Shown here: positions 1 through 12,069 of the stretch, piece by piece
Numbering within the stretch: position 1 is the first letter of the stretch
How the letters are laid out: every line of letters begins with the position of its first letter
From: Octopus sinensis
Lineage: Eukaryota
Reading direction: 5' to 3'
Assembly: GCF_006345805.1 (NCBI RefSeq)
Contig: NC_043006.1
Coordinates: 102,982,001 to 103,046,000, forward strand
DNA: 64,000 nt
Made by a program: the position numbers and the translations under genes
The notes under the pieces: generated by a model
Told to the model about the DNA's origin: nothing
Databases searched by the model: none
Seen by the model: only the letters and a program-made list of their open reading frames with translations

Positions 1-26
1 ATATATATATTATATATATATATATA

Positions 27-782
27 TTAAGGGACCAAAAGCAAAAAGGACCCATCGCCAGCATGCTTGAAGCGCCCGGACACTCAAAAGCTACCAAAAA
101 ATCCAGATTAAATGTACACATGGCTGAAAACCGGCTAGTGAAGGAAGGTTAAGAAGACTCACGTTAATTCTAAATTGGGTCCAATTTTCCTTCGTCAACA
201 CAATACAAGGGAAATATAAACACCAATAACTATGCTTACCGTACAAAGCAGATTCGCACGTCTACATACAAATATTTGCAAGTATAGATCCAAGATACTT
301 CAAATTTGAATACTTTCACGACAGCTCGGTGGATATTATCAGAATAACCCAGCAGGAAATGCTATTCCGATCAGGAATAAAAACAATTAAATTATTTTAT
401 TTTATCTATTAATTCATAATAGAATATAAGGATAAAATCACGGTAATGATTTTTATCAGGTAGTCAGCATGCTATAAAAATTTATTGGTAATTTATACAT
501 TAAATTAATAATTACATACATATGCATATAATTGTATTAAGGGAGCAAATTGAAAACGCCCCAATTCCAACATGCTTGAAGCGCCGGGATACTCAAAAAC
601 TATCAAAAACTCCAGATTAAATATACACATGGTTGAAAACAAGCTAGTGAAAGAATATTAAAAAGACTTGGATCCAATTATTAATTTAATGTGTAAATTA
701 CCTATAAATTTTTATAACATGCTGATTACCTGATAAACATCATTAACGTGATTTTAATCCTTATATTCTATTATGAATTAAT
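27..782. repeat. Composite direct plus inverted repeat, possible Penelope pLTR remnant
   Basis: ~27-160 recurs diverged at ~537-670 (gcatgcttgaagcgcc..ctcaaaa..tccagattaaat..cacatgg). ~408-513 is the diverged reverse complement of ~676-782. Flanked by (TA)n. Confidence 0.55.
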
Positions 783-815
783 ACATACATACATACATAC
801 TATATATATATTATA

Positions 816-851
<36 letters not shown>

Positions 852-853
<2 letters not shown>

Positions 854-2188
854 TTACGGTTTAGCGGGTGCATTTCCCGGTGACCCACATTGGAATTATG
901 GTTCCGGCATGTCTAGTAGAAAAGTGACAGTCTTTTGTTCACGGAAGACTAATGGGTTTTGGAGGGACCTTTCTGACCTTGTGCGGTCGATTGGAGGTCA
1001 TTCTGAGCATCCCTTGAAGAAGTAAAGAGGAAGACAGATTAAGGGCTGAGAGCAAATAGAGATAGAGTATAAGGCTAAAGGGACAGATGGAGAGGGTAAA
1101 AGATTGAGGCGATATAGATAGAGTAAGGGAATCTAAGAGCAGATGGAGAGGGTATTGACAGTAAGAGAGAAGGACAGGCAGAGAGTATGGTAGAGCTGTC
1201 AAGAGAGGGTAATAGGCAGCAGGTGATAGAGATAGGCAGTAAGATCAGAGAGCAGATAGAAAGACTATAGGTGGTAGAACAGAGGGAGATGAGGGAGTGG
1301 AAGTCAGGACAAGGAAGTGAGGTTCTGGGCAGTCGTTGAGCGGTCGTCGAAGAAGACAGACGGACTCTGGAGGTCAGAGCGAGTGGATGGAACCTTGGAT
1401 TTAAGGAGCAAGCGTTGGGATTCCTGGGAGTCGAGCTGGGATGCGAGAGGCCTAGGGGCAAGCGATGGAATATGCAGAGGGGATATGTACAGAAGGATTT
1501 GGCAGTATTCAGAGGATTGGCAGGATTGAGAGGAATGGGACACGGGCAGATTCAATTAGGAAGTGAGGTATGTGTTTGTGCATTGATATGTGTCACGGTG
1601 TAAAACAGTCAAGGACTCTGTCGATGTGGTCCGATAAAGGACATTGTGAATTGAGTAAAGGACTTGTTGAATTGTAACGTGAATTGTTGTGATATGAACA
1701 TTGTATAATGTATCGAAGTGTTCTGATTGGACTGTGACGTATCGTGAACATTATTTGATCTGGATTGTTGTGTCGTTCTGAACACTGTTATATTGTTACA
1801 TGCATGTTGTTAAATGCTTTTTGATCTGTTGTATGATGTATTGAGTGTCACGTGCCAATGTCTTCCTTTAAAGTCTGCCTTAAATGTATTTGATGTTGTA
1901 ACAATTGTGATTGTCGTATAAACTGTTGTTTGAATATTAAGCCAGTGTTGCCAGTTGTTGCCTCTCTTTGGGTTGTGTCTCGGGTTGTGCCTCTGTATCT
2001 CTGTGCTGTTGAGGTTGTGGCAGTATCTATCTGTATCTCCTCTCTCCGCCTCTTTGGGTTCCGTGGCGGAACTAGTTGTGAGCCGTTCGGGACGAGCGAC
2101 GACAGGCGATTCCAGTCCGTTCCGCAACAATATTACCTTACTTGGTGGTCATTCGAATAGCGCTTTTGTCTAAATAGCGTCAATAACA
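852..2188. mobile_element. Probable solo LTR
   Basis: Starts TGTTA and ends TAACA (TG..CA inverted termini). GC-richer, non-coding 1.3-kb block. No convincing TSD. Confidence 0.45.
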
Positions 2189-2243
2189 CAGTAATTCCCC
2201 TTTGTATAACGGTCTTTTTTCATAGCGTTTTTTCCGATGACCG

Positions 2244-2301
2244 GATAACTGAAGAGATGGTGTGGATTTCCACCTCGGCATCCGAAACTCAGAGTTTTAT
2301 C
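2244..2301 (+). ncRNA. Type I hammerhead ribozyme motif
   Basis: GATAA-CTGAAGA-GATG..CATC-C-GAAACTCAGAGT-T-TTATC: stem I GATAA/TTATC, CUGANGA and GAAA cores, palindromic stem III ACTC-A-GAGT, GUU triplet. Confidence 0.7.
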
Positions 2302-2459
2302 TTAGCTACCGAATAACTCTCACATATTACATTTACAGATATATATATATACATGACTATATATATATATATAAATAATATATATTATATATATATATTC
2401 TTATAATATTATATATATATATATATATATAATATATATATATTATATATATATATAAG

Positions 2460-3005
2460 AATAGATAGTAAAGAGTGAAAAACGACAGAAGGCTTAAATG
2501 TTAAAAAATATATATATTTGTGTCAAAATGTCTGGAGAATATTGGAAAAATTTTTTCCTTTCTTAAAATGACATAATTTTATAATTTTAAAAAGAAATAC
2601 CGGTTTCGCGTGTAGCTTTCAAATTTTTTGTGACGTTATGTTTATATTGCATGGAGTTATCTTTGTGTTTATTTTCAGGAGATTTCTAAATAAGGGGAGG
2701 TAGTGAGTGATTTCTTCCGGTGTAAGGGAGATAATCGCTTAAAAATTTTTTTTCTTTTCCCTTGTTAATTTCTCTGTGTCAGTATGTTCGGATGGGTTTG
2801 TACTTTTCAATGAAGAATGTTTCCTTGTTCAGTCTCATTTGTGTAGATGATCCGAAAGCACATTGGTAAAATGGGAAGATTAAAAATTGTGGCAGTAGTT
2901 GCTTTGCGCATTTCTCAATGTGCTCACTAAAAGGTATCATTCTATATTCTGGGAATGCAATCTGTTGTCGATGCAGTGTGCATCTACGCCTGAGTGATAG
3001 TCAGG
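2460..3005 (-). mobile_element. Penelope-like element 3' fragment (GIY-YIG C-terminus plus UTR)
   Basis: Minus strand reads LSLRRRCTLHRQQIAFPEYRMIPFSEHIEKCAKQLLPQFLIFPFYQCAFGSSTQMRLNKETFFIEKYKP. Degenerate hammerhead half GAAACCGGTA at ~2594-2625. Confidence 0.75.
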
Positions 3006-3064
3006 ACAAAAACATCGGTTGTCAAGCGGTGATGGCGGACAGGAACAGAAACACACTCGCACAC

Positions 3065-3100
<36 letters not shown>

Positions 3101-3107
3101 TCAAATA

Positions 3108-3568
3108 AGAATTAAAAGCAGCCCGAGGTACATAAACAGAATAAAACACACATACACAAGGTATAAACACACAAACACAAGGTATGTATGTTGTTAGTTC
3201 GTGGGTCGCTGCAGTTTTTAGCCGTAAAAGTATATGTTTTCCATGCCCCTGGTGTAAAAAAGAAACACCTCAAATTAAGATTTAGTCAAGCGCGACAACA
3301 CACATAGGTCCGTTCCTGGAGCGCCAAACATTGATGTTTGATCATTGCTTTGACTTATCAATGATGCATACCGAACCATATCGACAACTATGTCTATGTG
3401 AGCTGTATCGTTTGATTATGACTTAATTTCTGTTAATCTTTTCATCAAGTGCATAGAGAATATATTCTCTTGCGCCTAAAAACCGCAGCCAACCCACGAA
3501 CTAGCAACACACGAACCTTGTGTATGTGTGTTTGATCTTGTTTGTATACCTCGGGCAGCTTCTAATTC
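3108..3568. repeat. Long inverted repeat (arms ~3108-3262 and ~3439-3568)
   Basis: gcagcccgaggta..gttagttcgtgggtcgctgcagtttttag pairs with ctaaaaaccgcagccaacccacgaactag..tacctcgggcagc. Confidence 0.7.
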
Positions 3569-3657
3569 ATATTTGAATATATATAATATATATATATATA
3601 TATAATATATATATATTAATATATATATATATCTATATATATATATATATATATATA

Positions 3658-3960
3658 AATAGAAAATGGGACAAGAACGCAAAACACCCAGACAATAAGG
3701 TGATACAAAAGGGGACAACGAAACATCCAGATAAACGATACAAAGAAAACAAGGACGGGTCATTCGAAGTTTTCTTTCTTCAGTCAAGCACCAGATTATC
3801 CTCGCAATTTCGGCTGATTATTCTTGAGATTGCTCCAAGGCCAGCTCCAAGGAAAAACTAAGCTAAGAGCATTAGATTCCTTGCAAGAAAGCAGCGAATG
3901 TATATAAAAACAAGGATGGAAAAAAACAGACAATGTTTCACAAATATAAATGCAATAAAC
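3658..3960 (-). mobile_element. Short (TA)n-anchored dispersed repeat; second copy at ~60960-61230 on +
   Basis: Shared tagcttagtttttccttgg..ggagcaatctcaaga.taatcagccgaaattg.gaggat..cttcgaatgacccgtcc..gcgttcttgtcccattt. Confidence 0.75.
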
Positions 3961-4258
3961 ACACACACACACACACATATATGAATGTGTTTGTGTGAGT
4001 ATGAGTGTATATGTATGTGTAAGTGTGCGTGTGCACGCGGGCGTGTTTGTGTTTCAGTGTGTCCGCCATCATCGCTTGATAACCGGTGTTTTTCTCCGGA
4101 TAACTTAGCAGTTTGGTATTTCGGCAAAAAGAGAACCAAATCTTGAACAAAAAAAAAAAATAATAAATAAATAAATAAAGGTACTGGAGTCAATTTGTTC
4201 GACTAAACTCATAGAAGAACCCAGCATGGCTGCAGTCTAATGACTGTAAGAAGTAAAG

Positions 4259-4297
<39 letters not shown>

Positions 4298-4301
<4 letters not shown>

Positions 4302-4599
4302 CGTGACCGACCAGGCTGTCAGATATTGCTACACATCGCTGGTCACAATGCGCTTCGCATTGCTTTAGCCTTCAGATGATGCCATCCCGCTGGCTAAGCG
4401 AGCAGGCAAACAGAAGAAAGAGTGAGAGAAAGTTACGGCGAAAGAGTATAGCAGGGATCGCCACCACTACCCTGCTGGAGCTTCGTGGAGCTTTAGGTGT
4501 TTTCACTCAATAAACACTCACAACGCCCGGTCTGGGAATCGAAACCGCGATCCTACAACCGTGAGTCCGCTGCCCTAACCACTTGGCCATTGCGCCTCC

Positions 4600-4601
<2 letters not shown>
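4298..4601 (-). mobile_element. tRNA-derived SINE, family C head with alternative tail
   Basis: Reverse complement begins gtggaggcgcaatggccaagtggttagggcagcgg (A box) then ggtttcgattccc (B box). Body matches 28256-28440; the 3' part differs. Confidence 0.85.
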
Positions 4602-4639
<38 letters not shown>

Positions 4640-4691
4640 GTATATGATAAATATATATTTATATATATAATATATATAGATATATATATTA

Positions 4692-4738
<47 letters not shown>

Positions 4739-4740
4739 AC

Positions 4741-4779
<39 letters not shown>

Positions 4780-5190
4780 TACTGATAGAAAAATACAATT
4801 TGTGTTTGTCTGTTTTATGTGGTTTGTTTCTTTTGCTTTGCTACTCTTAAAGAAAGGAAATAAAAGAAAATAGGATGCTAACGAAACGGCTGATTGAAAT
4901 TTTACGAGGGAAAATAAAATTAATAACATTGACATCAACGACAGCAAGAACAACAATATTTACATAAAAACAACAACAACAACAACATACGAATATCAAC
5001 ATCGCCGCCTGAGTTGCTGATGTTGTATTGCTAGATATACAAAATTATTGATGTAAACTGAAGTACTTAAGCAAATTTTGTTATCCATACACACACACAC
5101 ACACACACACATACACGCATATATATATGTGTGTTTATGTATATATGTATATATATATATATATATGTTTATGTATATATGTATATATGA

Positions 5191-5224
<34 letters not shown>

Positions 5225-5275
5225 TATAATATATATATACATACATATATAATATGTATATATATATATGTATGA

Positions 5276-5320
<45 letters not shown>

Positions 5321-5588
5321 AGAGTATATTATATTTTGAATATCGATAGTTATGCCTCTGTGAGATAATAGTCATTAACTTTCTGAAAAAAATATGTCTA
5401 GAACGTAATATATAAGGTAATGCACATATACATACATACGTACATATATACATGCATATAAATATATATATTTATATATATATATACATATATATTGTGT
5501 GTACATATATATGTAATATGTATATATGTATGTATGCATGTATGTATGTATGTATTATCTTCTATCTATCTATCTGTCTATCTATATA

Positions 5589-5642
<54 letters not shown>

Positions 5643-5646
5643 TATA

Positions 5647-5910
5647 TACAGAGGGCGGTGAAAAAACAGTCGTGTAAATTACGCAAAAATGAAAATAACA
5701 TTGACATCTCATTTTAACGTATATTTACGATAATTGCATAAAAATATTTTGAAATACTAAAGAGTCAATTTATTCAATAAAATCACCATTGGCTTCAACT
5801 ACGGCCTCCAGATGACTTTGGAATCTCCTGCAACTCTTCTGGACGGTTTCCTTGGCTAAGTTGGTAATGTTATCATAATCTTTGCCTTCAGTTCATCTTT
5901 AGTGTTAAGT
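5647..5910 (-). mobile_element. Tc1/mariner-superfamily (maT-like) 3' end
   Basis: Minus strand reads NTKDELKAKI..VQKSCRRFQSHLEAVVEANGDFIE*. Terminus TA|CAGAGGG. Confidence 0.7.
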
Positions 5911-7399
5911 ACCAGTTGTACACTGGAGTCAATATAATCGACTTACCCCTTCTTCTGAAATCGTTGACGTTTTGTCCAAATTTGAGATCATTATTCAGAT
6001 GGTTTCCAGTACTCCCTGTCAACTAACTTTTTCTCAATTATAACTTTAATCTTCATGCTCTCCAACGCCGTTCACCGATTCACCAATACCTGAAGCTGTT
6101 CTTGAAAAAAGCAGCCATAAAATCTCATTAAATTTAGCGCGATCGTCTTGTATATACGAAGTGATAACTAAATAGAGAATTGGGAGAATCAATAGAGTGT
6201 GGGACAGGTTGTTTCTGCGATCTGATTTCAAATCCCATTGATGTCAACTTTGCATTTTATCCTTTCAGGGTTGATTAAAATATGAGTTCTATTCCTGGCC
6301 GAATGACAGGCAGAAATATGAGCCGGTCAAGTAATATGCTTTATGGTATCTCTTCCGGTTGCTTGCCTTTAGAGAGTAATACTGTTGCCAAGCTGTTTCG
6401 GATCATGTCAGCTGCCTTTCTCCTGGATTAACATCGGTGGTGGGAAGGAAGGGAGACAGACATGCATGGGCACCACTAGTCTTCCTAAAATTAAGAAAAA
6501 ATTGTAATGTAGATCTTGCTCAGGCCTGAATATACATGTGTAGATGCAATGACGAGTTTAACCAATTGTTATCATAACAGTTACCATCGTTGTTGTTGTT
6601 GTTGTTGTTCATATCGTTATTGTATTTGTTGTTGTAGACGTGAAGAGTAAATACGAGGAAGTCAAAACATAAGATTTGTTGTCAATATGATCGTAAAATA
6701 AACAGGTAAGTCAATAAATCACAAATAACAGTAAATACGAAAAGGCAACAGCCATGGAAACCTTTTAACATTCAGTACATAAAATAATTCCAACTCACTG
6801 AAACATACATTAAACACAGTTATTCACTTAGAATACGTCCCCTTTCATTTACTAAACATAATAAAATTGCGCGCTATAGCGTAACCCCTGATGCTCATTA
6901 TATCATCAAAGGTTTCATGTAGTCAACGTTGAAATGAAGCACCCTTAAAAATCAATCAATATATAGCAGTTTATCAATACACCACCATCGTCTCTATGGA
7001 GGTTTTCTTCCCCATGTTCATAATTATCTACATTAAATAATGTTAGATTAAACAAACAATAAATGAACTGTGATAAATTTTTAAAACATATATTACATAA
7101 TTTGATATTTGATTATTTAATTAGAGGGTATTCAGGCTAATTTTGACGAATTTTATGTCTCCCCACCTTATTTTTCAGGGACAGCTAGATGTATTGGTGA
7201 ACAGTCGACGGCTTTAGAGACGATGAAAATTAAAGTTGTAGATGACATAGAGGACTTGAAGCCATCACGATATTGGTGATAGACTCCGAGTATCAAAATG
7301 CCAACAGCATGGATGCTGCTCAATGCTCTGTGAACACTGTAAAAGCTGTAACGGAGATTATAAGGCCATGGCTAGCAGGAAAGGACACAGCCGGCGTTT

Positions 7400-8418
7400 T
7401 GACTATGTCTGCACGACGGGATTACCTCCCACTTCTTTGGACCGAGTCTAAGGCTCAATTCAGACGGTTATGTGAGGCTGCTGGAGGCTTTGGCCAATCA
7501 AACGCTGAAGAGCGTTGCTGCTGGGGGGGGGGGGGCATATGTGTGGCAGAACGTTTCACTTCCTTGAAGGCAGCAAGCTGGCAGAGATGTTAGCACGCCG
7601 GGCGAAATGCTTAGCGGTATTTCGTCTGCCGTTACGTTCTGAGTTCAAATTCCGCCGAGGTCAATTTTGCCTTTCATCCTTTTGGGGTCGATAAATTAAG
7701 TACTAGTTACGCACTGGGGTCGATATGATCGATTTAAACCGTTTGTCTGTCCTTGTTTGTCCTCTCTGTGTTTAGCCCCTTGTGGGTAGTAACGAAATAG
7801 GTGTTTCGTCTGCTGCTACATTCTGAGTTCAAATTCTGCCGAGGTCGACTTTGCTTTTCATGCTTTCGGGGTCGATAAATTAAGTACCTGTTATGCCCTG
7901 GGGTCGATATAATCGACTTAACCCCTTTGCCTGTCCTTGTTTGTCCCCTCTATGTTTAGCCCCTTGTGGGCAATAACGAAATAAGAATGTTTCAGTTCCT
8001 TGCCATACCTCCGGAAAGAGTTAGACGTGGTTGTCGGAGAATTTCTACAACTTCATCAGCCCCAATTTTAGACCTCTTAGTTACCCCGATTGTACTCCCG
8101 TGGATTATAATGTAGGGGGCGGTTTAAAAAGACACAGAGCACTCTGTCTGCAACACCAGGGCTGAGCCGGTGGCCAGGATCAAGGAGGTGTTCGAAAATC
8201 TTCCCAGGAACAAAGCGAACAACGTGTGTGCCAGGTTCCAGAGCCTTCTTCCGGCCGTGGTGGAAGCTAATGGCGGCAACTTGGAGTGGACTATCATGTC
8301 CTAGCCGTAATCTAGTTGATACTTTTTGATCTTTTAAAACACTTGTATTTTTCGATGAGATATTGTGCTTTCTTTTCCTTTAATGCAAACTGTCAAATTT
8401 AGCCCGAACACCCAGGCT
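7400..8418 (+). mobile_element. Decayed DD37D (maT-type) transposase interrupted by a SINE
   Basis: RLNSDGYVRLLE..YVWQ, then SINE, then SVPCHTSGKS*TWLSENFYNFISP..PDCTPVDY..RIKEVFENLP..CARFQSLLPAVVEANGG. ~37 aa between the positions of catalytic residues 2 and 3. Confidence 0.75.
7567..7983 (+). mobile_element. tRNA-derived SINE with Nin/Deu-like core (family A), body duplicated
   Basis: aaggcagcaagctggcaga..gagttcaaattcc..gcctttcatccttt.ggggtcgataaattaagtac. Diverged TSD at 7548-7566 and 7984-8002. Confidence 0.9.
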
Positions 8419-8865
8419 ATAACTAAAAATAATACTGCAAAACGTATTACAATGATTTCAGAGCATGAGAAAACCCCTTTAGTAACGAGGAAAAAGCAAT
8501 ACTCTTGACCATTTACAGGGTGGGCCTGCAAGAATGGAAGCACAGATATTGGGATCCAATGCTGTGAAAAGAGTGAACTCTGCAAGATTCCCAACATGTT
8601 AGGTGATGTTATTCAAGTGGACAGCGGATTAATGCTACCATCGACGCAAGCCATACAATGATATGAACTCAAAAATTCGTTTATTGTTTGTTCAATCTTT
8701 TTATCGATTCCGAAAAGCTGACCGCTGAAGTCAAGCTCAGCATGAGTGAACTCCAATCGTAGTGTCGACAACCCTAATTATAGATTTCCACAGCATCTAC
8801 AGGACTCATGTGTTTCAGGTATTCGCAACTATAATCTACGTAGGCTTAGGTGTGGCTGTGTGCAT

Positions 8866-9180
8866 AGGTGCAGGTGTGGCTGTGGTAGGAAGCTAGCTTC
8901 CCAGCCACCAGCTTCCAGGTTCAGTCCCACTGCGTGGCATCATGGGTAAGTGTCTTCTATAGTCTCGGGACAACCAAAACCTTGTGTGTGGATTTGGTAG
9001 ACGGAAACTGAAAGAAGTCGTCGTATATATCTGTATATATTTACGTGTGGTTTTGTGACTATGTTTATCCACACACCATCACTTGACAACCGATGTTGGC
9101 GTGTTTACGTCCTAAGTAACTTACCGGGTCAACTTTTTAAACTAAAAGATCTTTTAAGACGAACAGTGCAACAGCATGGC
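8866..9180 (+). mobile_element. tRNA-derived SINE family B
   Basis: gtggctgtggtaggaagc..ggttcagtcccactgcgtggc..gtgtcttct..gatttggtagacggaaactgaaagaag; matches 61328-61698. Confidence 0.85.
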
Positions 9181-10379
9181 GTCCTCGGATCTCACAGCAT
9201 TGCATCCTAGGAATAAAGACGTAGTGTACTTTGTGATTCCTAAGTCGTCGGTTCATTTGTTGATGTTCTGTGTCCTTTCACGTTATCAGTTGAACAAATA
9301 AATTTGTTAAAAATTCAGTTTAATCTATCAACCATACTTTTTCAACTTATGGCTTTTGAAACCACTGGTTTCAGCTCTATAACACGATTGCTTTCATCTG
9401 TCATTTGTTTAAAACTTATCGAGACAAGTGGATAGTACTGAGAAGATACATCGCTTTATGAACATTCATATCTAGCCATTGCACTTAGCAATTCTGCTAG
9501 TGTCGTTCATTGACTCTTCTTAGATCTTAATAGCCTATGTTAAAGTAAGCTGCTCCTTTTTTATGTTATTCCTTATACATATGTTTTATATAAAATGTCT
9601 ATAGAATTAATCACCGAGGGGATGTAAGTCTTCGTGAGTAATACAAGTCGATATGTTATTTTATTTGAATTTCTACAAGAGTGAGAATGGAAGTTTGCTT
9701 TGACATGCGACGTATAAACTTAAGCTGATCTTAAGATAGAGTGCCCTTAAAAAAGAAAAGCTGTTAGATCAGTTCCTTTGTTATTGATCATTACTTTTAA
9801 TTTAGTTCTGAAATCGAACAGGAAAACATATGATCTGCTGCGATGATAAAAATCTTTTATTTTTTCAGACATAGTTTATGAAGATCTTCATTGCGCATGT
9901 GCAGATTTATTTGCTATTTGTGCGAGATTTAGCTTCTGTTTCTCACAAGTTGAGTGACAGTGTAAGAACATGCATCTAGTTGTTGTTAAACCTGTTCACA
10001 CTGGTTGAGGAAACGATCAAAGGCATTCCAGCTATGACCATCCCTTATATCTTATATAGAGAGGACTCTATTGCTATATGTGTCCTTTCTATTTTAATAT
10101 AGAAGGTCGTTATTAATCCCCAGGTTAACGAATAACAAGAAGACATAAATAAAGTTGCTTCAGTCATAACCGCCGTTTTTTTTCTGATACGTTATCCAAT
10201 GTCCCCTTCAATGTTTAAGACAGTAGCGTCTGCTATGAAGTAAATTTTCTTGCTGTTTTTAGCAGGCCTCAGAACCACATAATTCTTGTGAAACTGCTTC
10301 GTTTCATTTTGATCGCTAATATCTTTCGAATCGTCTCGATTCTTCTTTGTGAGGCCAAATTATGAGGAAAAATTAAACT

Positions 10380-11600
10380 CAGACAAAAGTATAGGCTATA
10401 CCTATGTACGATACCAAAAAGGTAAAGAAAGACATATCGACGTTTCGGAAATTTCTCTTTCGTCAGGAATTGATAGGAAAAGAGGAAGCGAAAAATAGGT
10501 TAAGTATATATAACATTTGTGGGTTTCAGAATATTTGTTTTATTTTGAATATACAGAATGCAAGGAATCAGGTATTTGGGCTTGTGTTGATGAAATAACG
10601 AAGGCTGATTTTGAGTAAAAATTGTTCGGTTTGGAGAGTGATATTAGGATTAAACAGAAGATGGAATCTTTGAATAAATGGTTGGTATTTAAACTTGCAC
10701 CACGGCTTTGAATTCTTTTATAGAAGTTTAATTTCAAAATTCTGATTCTTTTCAAGGAAGAGTTGCATTTTATAGAATAGATATTCAACTCGTTAGATGA
10801 TTATCTAATTTTCAAGGACATTTATTAAAATATTGCTATTCTTATAAGCGAAAACAATCCTGATGCATAGATATTTAAAGATTTCTAAAATTAGCACGAA
10901 GCCACATATTTGGAAGAATATAAGCGATTAAATCGCCTCAGTACTCAACTGGTATTATATTTTGAAAAAAATATCAAAGCACATAAACTAACAAATATTT
11001 AAAACAAGGACATAAGGAGTCTGTGATAAGCTGCGGTAAGCCGAAACTCCTGCGTAGTTTCAAGCTTTGGCTGAAGTTATTTACTTTAGTGATAGTAGGA
11101 AGGCATAGATGTCAAAACATCCTTATCACTTCTTGTAGAAAATAGGGCCTTCGCGTCTTTGTAAAAATAAACCAACATTTGATATGAGAGTTTAAAATAC
11201 TGTATTTACACTAACCATTTTGAAGCGATCAAAAACAGTAAAGTGAAGAGCTGTATTTGTAAGGTTGCTTCCGGTTTAGATAACGTCTGTAGAAATATTT
11301 TAATAGCTTGCTTTGTTTGGTGGTGGATTATATAGCTTAACTCTATTTGTTCGATCAAACGTGTGGATCCTTGAAAATATCCAGAACTGTTTGAGGTGAA
11401 GTGAAATTAGTGCAGTTAATATTAGTTTTGGACTGTTGTAGATTAATATATGGCAAAGAAAGAAAAAAAGAAACGGGAGAAAGAATTCCAAATGGAAATC
11501 TGTATAAAGGAAGAACGATTTGTTAAAATGCTGAATTCAGTACTTTGGATGCCTGGGAAATAAAAACGGTGATGAGGTAATCGGGTGCATTGAATCATGT
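10380..11600 (-). mobile_element. Highly decayed Penelope-like remnant
   Basis: Hammerhead at 10437-10468 on the same strand, downstream of weak EN- and RT-like coding remnants. Protein similarity is marginal. Confidence 0.35.
10437..10468 (-). ncRNA. Minimal hammerhead ribozyme motif
   Basis: Reverse complement TC-CTGACGA-A-AGAGAAATTTCC-GAAACGT-C-GA: intact cores, ACGT stem III, GUC triplet, weak stems I and II. Confidence 0.5.
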
Positions 11601-12069
11601 AATTGCAACACAGTCAAAGATAGCATTATTGAAGTATTTGTGATTCATTAGAGGCAGAGGCATGGATGTATGGCTTAGTAAATTAACTTTGAATCAAGAT
11701 AGTTTCGGGTTCGATCTCAGAAGGTATCTATTTAGGTACGATTTTTTTCTTTTTTTTAACTTCAGCCTTAAGATGACGAAAGTTTTGTAAATATAATGAA
11801 GCTGGTGGACGAAAGCCTGTTTTAGGGGCGGTTCCTTGATCTACCGGTGGGTTTAACGCTCCCATCTGGGCCACGGGCGCCTTTTAAAGTAGTCTCTACG
11901 CTTGCAAGCATTCACGCTACGTTACTGGTCCGACGATATCTTTCTCTCACCAGTTTTATATACATTGAAATGAGACAAAAAACATTGCTCTTCTTACTCT
12001 GAGCTAATAGAATACATTTCAACATATTGCGAAAGAAACCTGAAATATTATCACTGATGTCACCTGTTT

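Noticed and set aside
6170-6240. NRVWDRLFL, resembling the Cys-loop receptor pre-M4 motif
   Set aside because: It overlaps a diverged family A SINE head, and no other receptor motifs are nearby.
8461-8660. Cys-rich frame ACKNG..QCCEKSELCK as a Ly6 or kringle exon
   Set aside because: There is no convincing exon structure, and it fits a decayed mariner C-terminus equally well.
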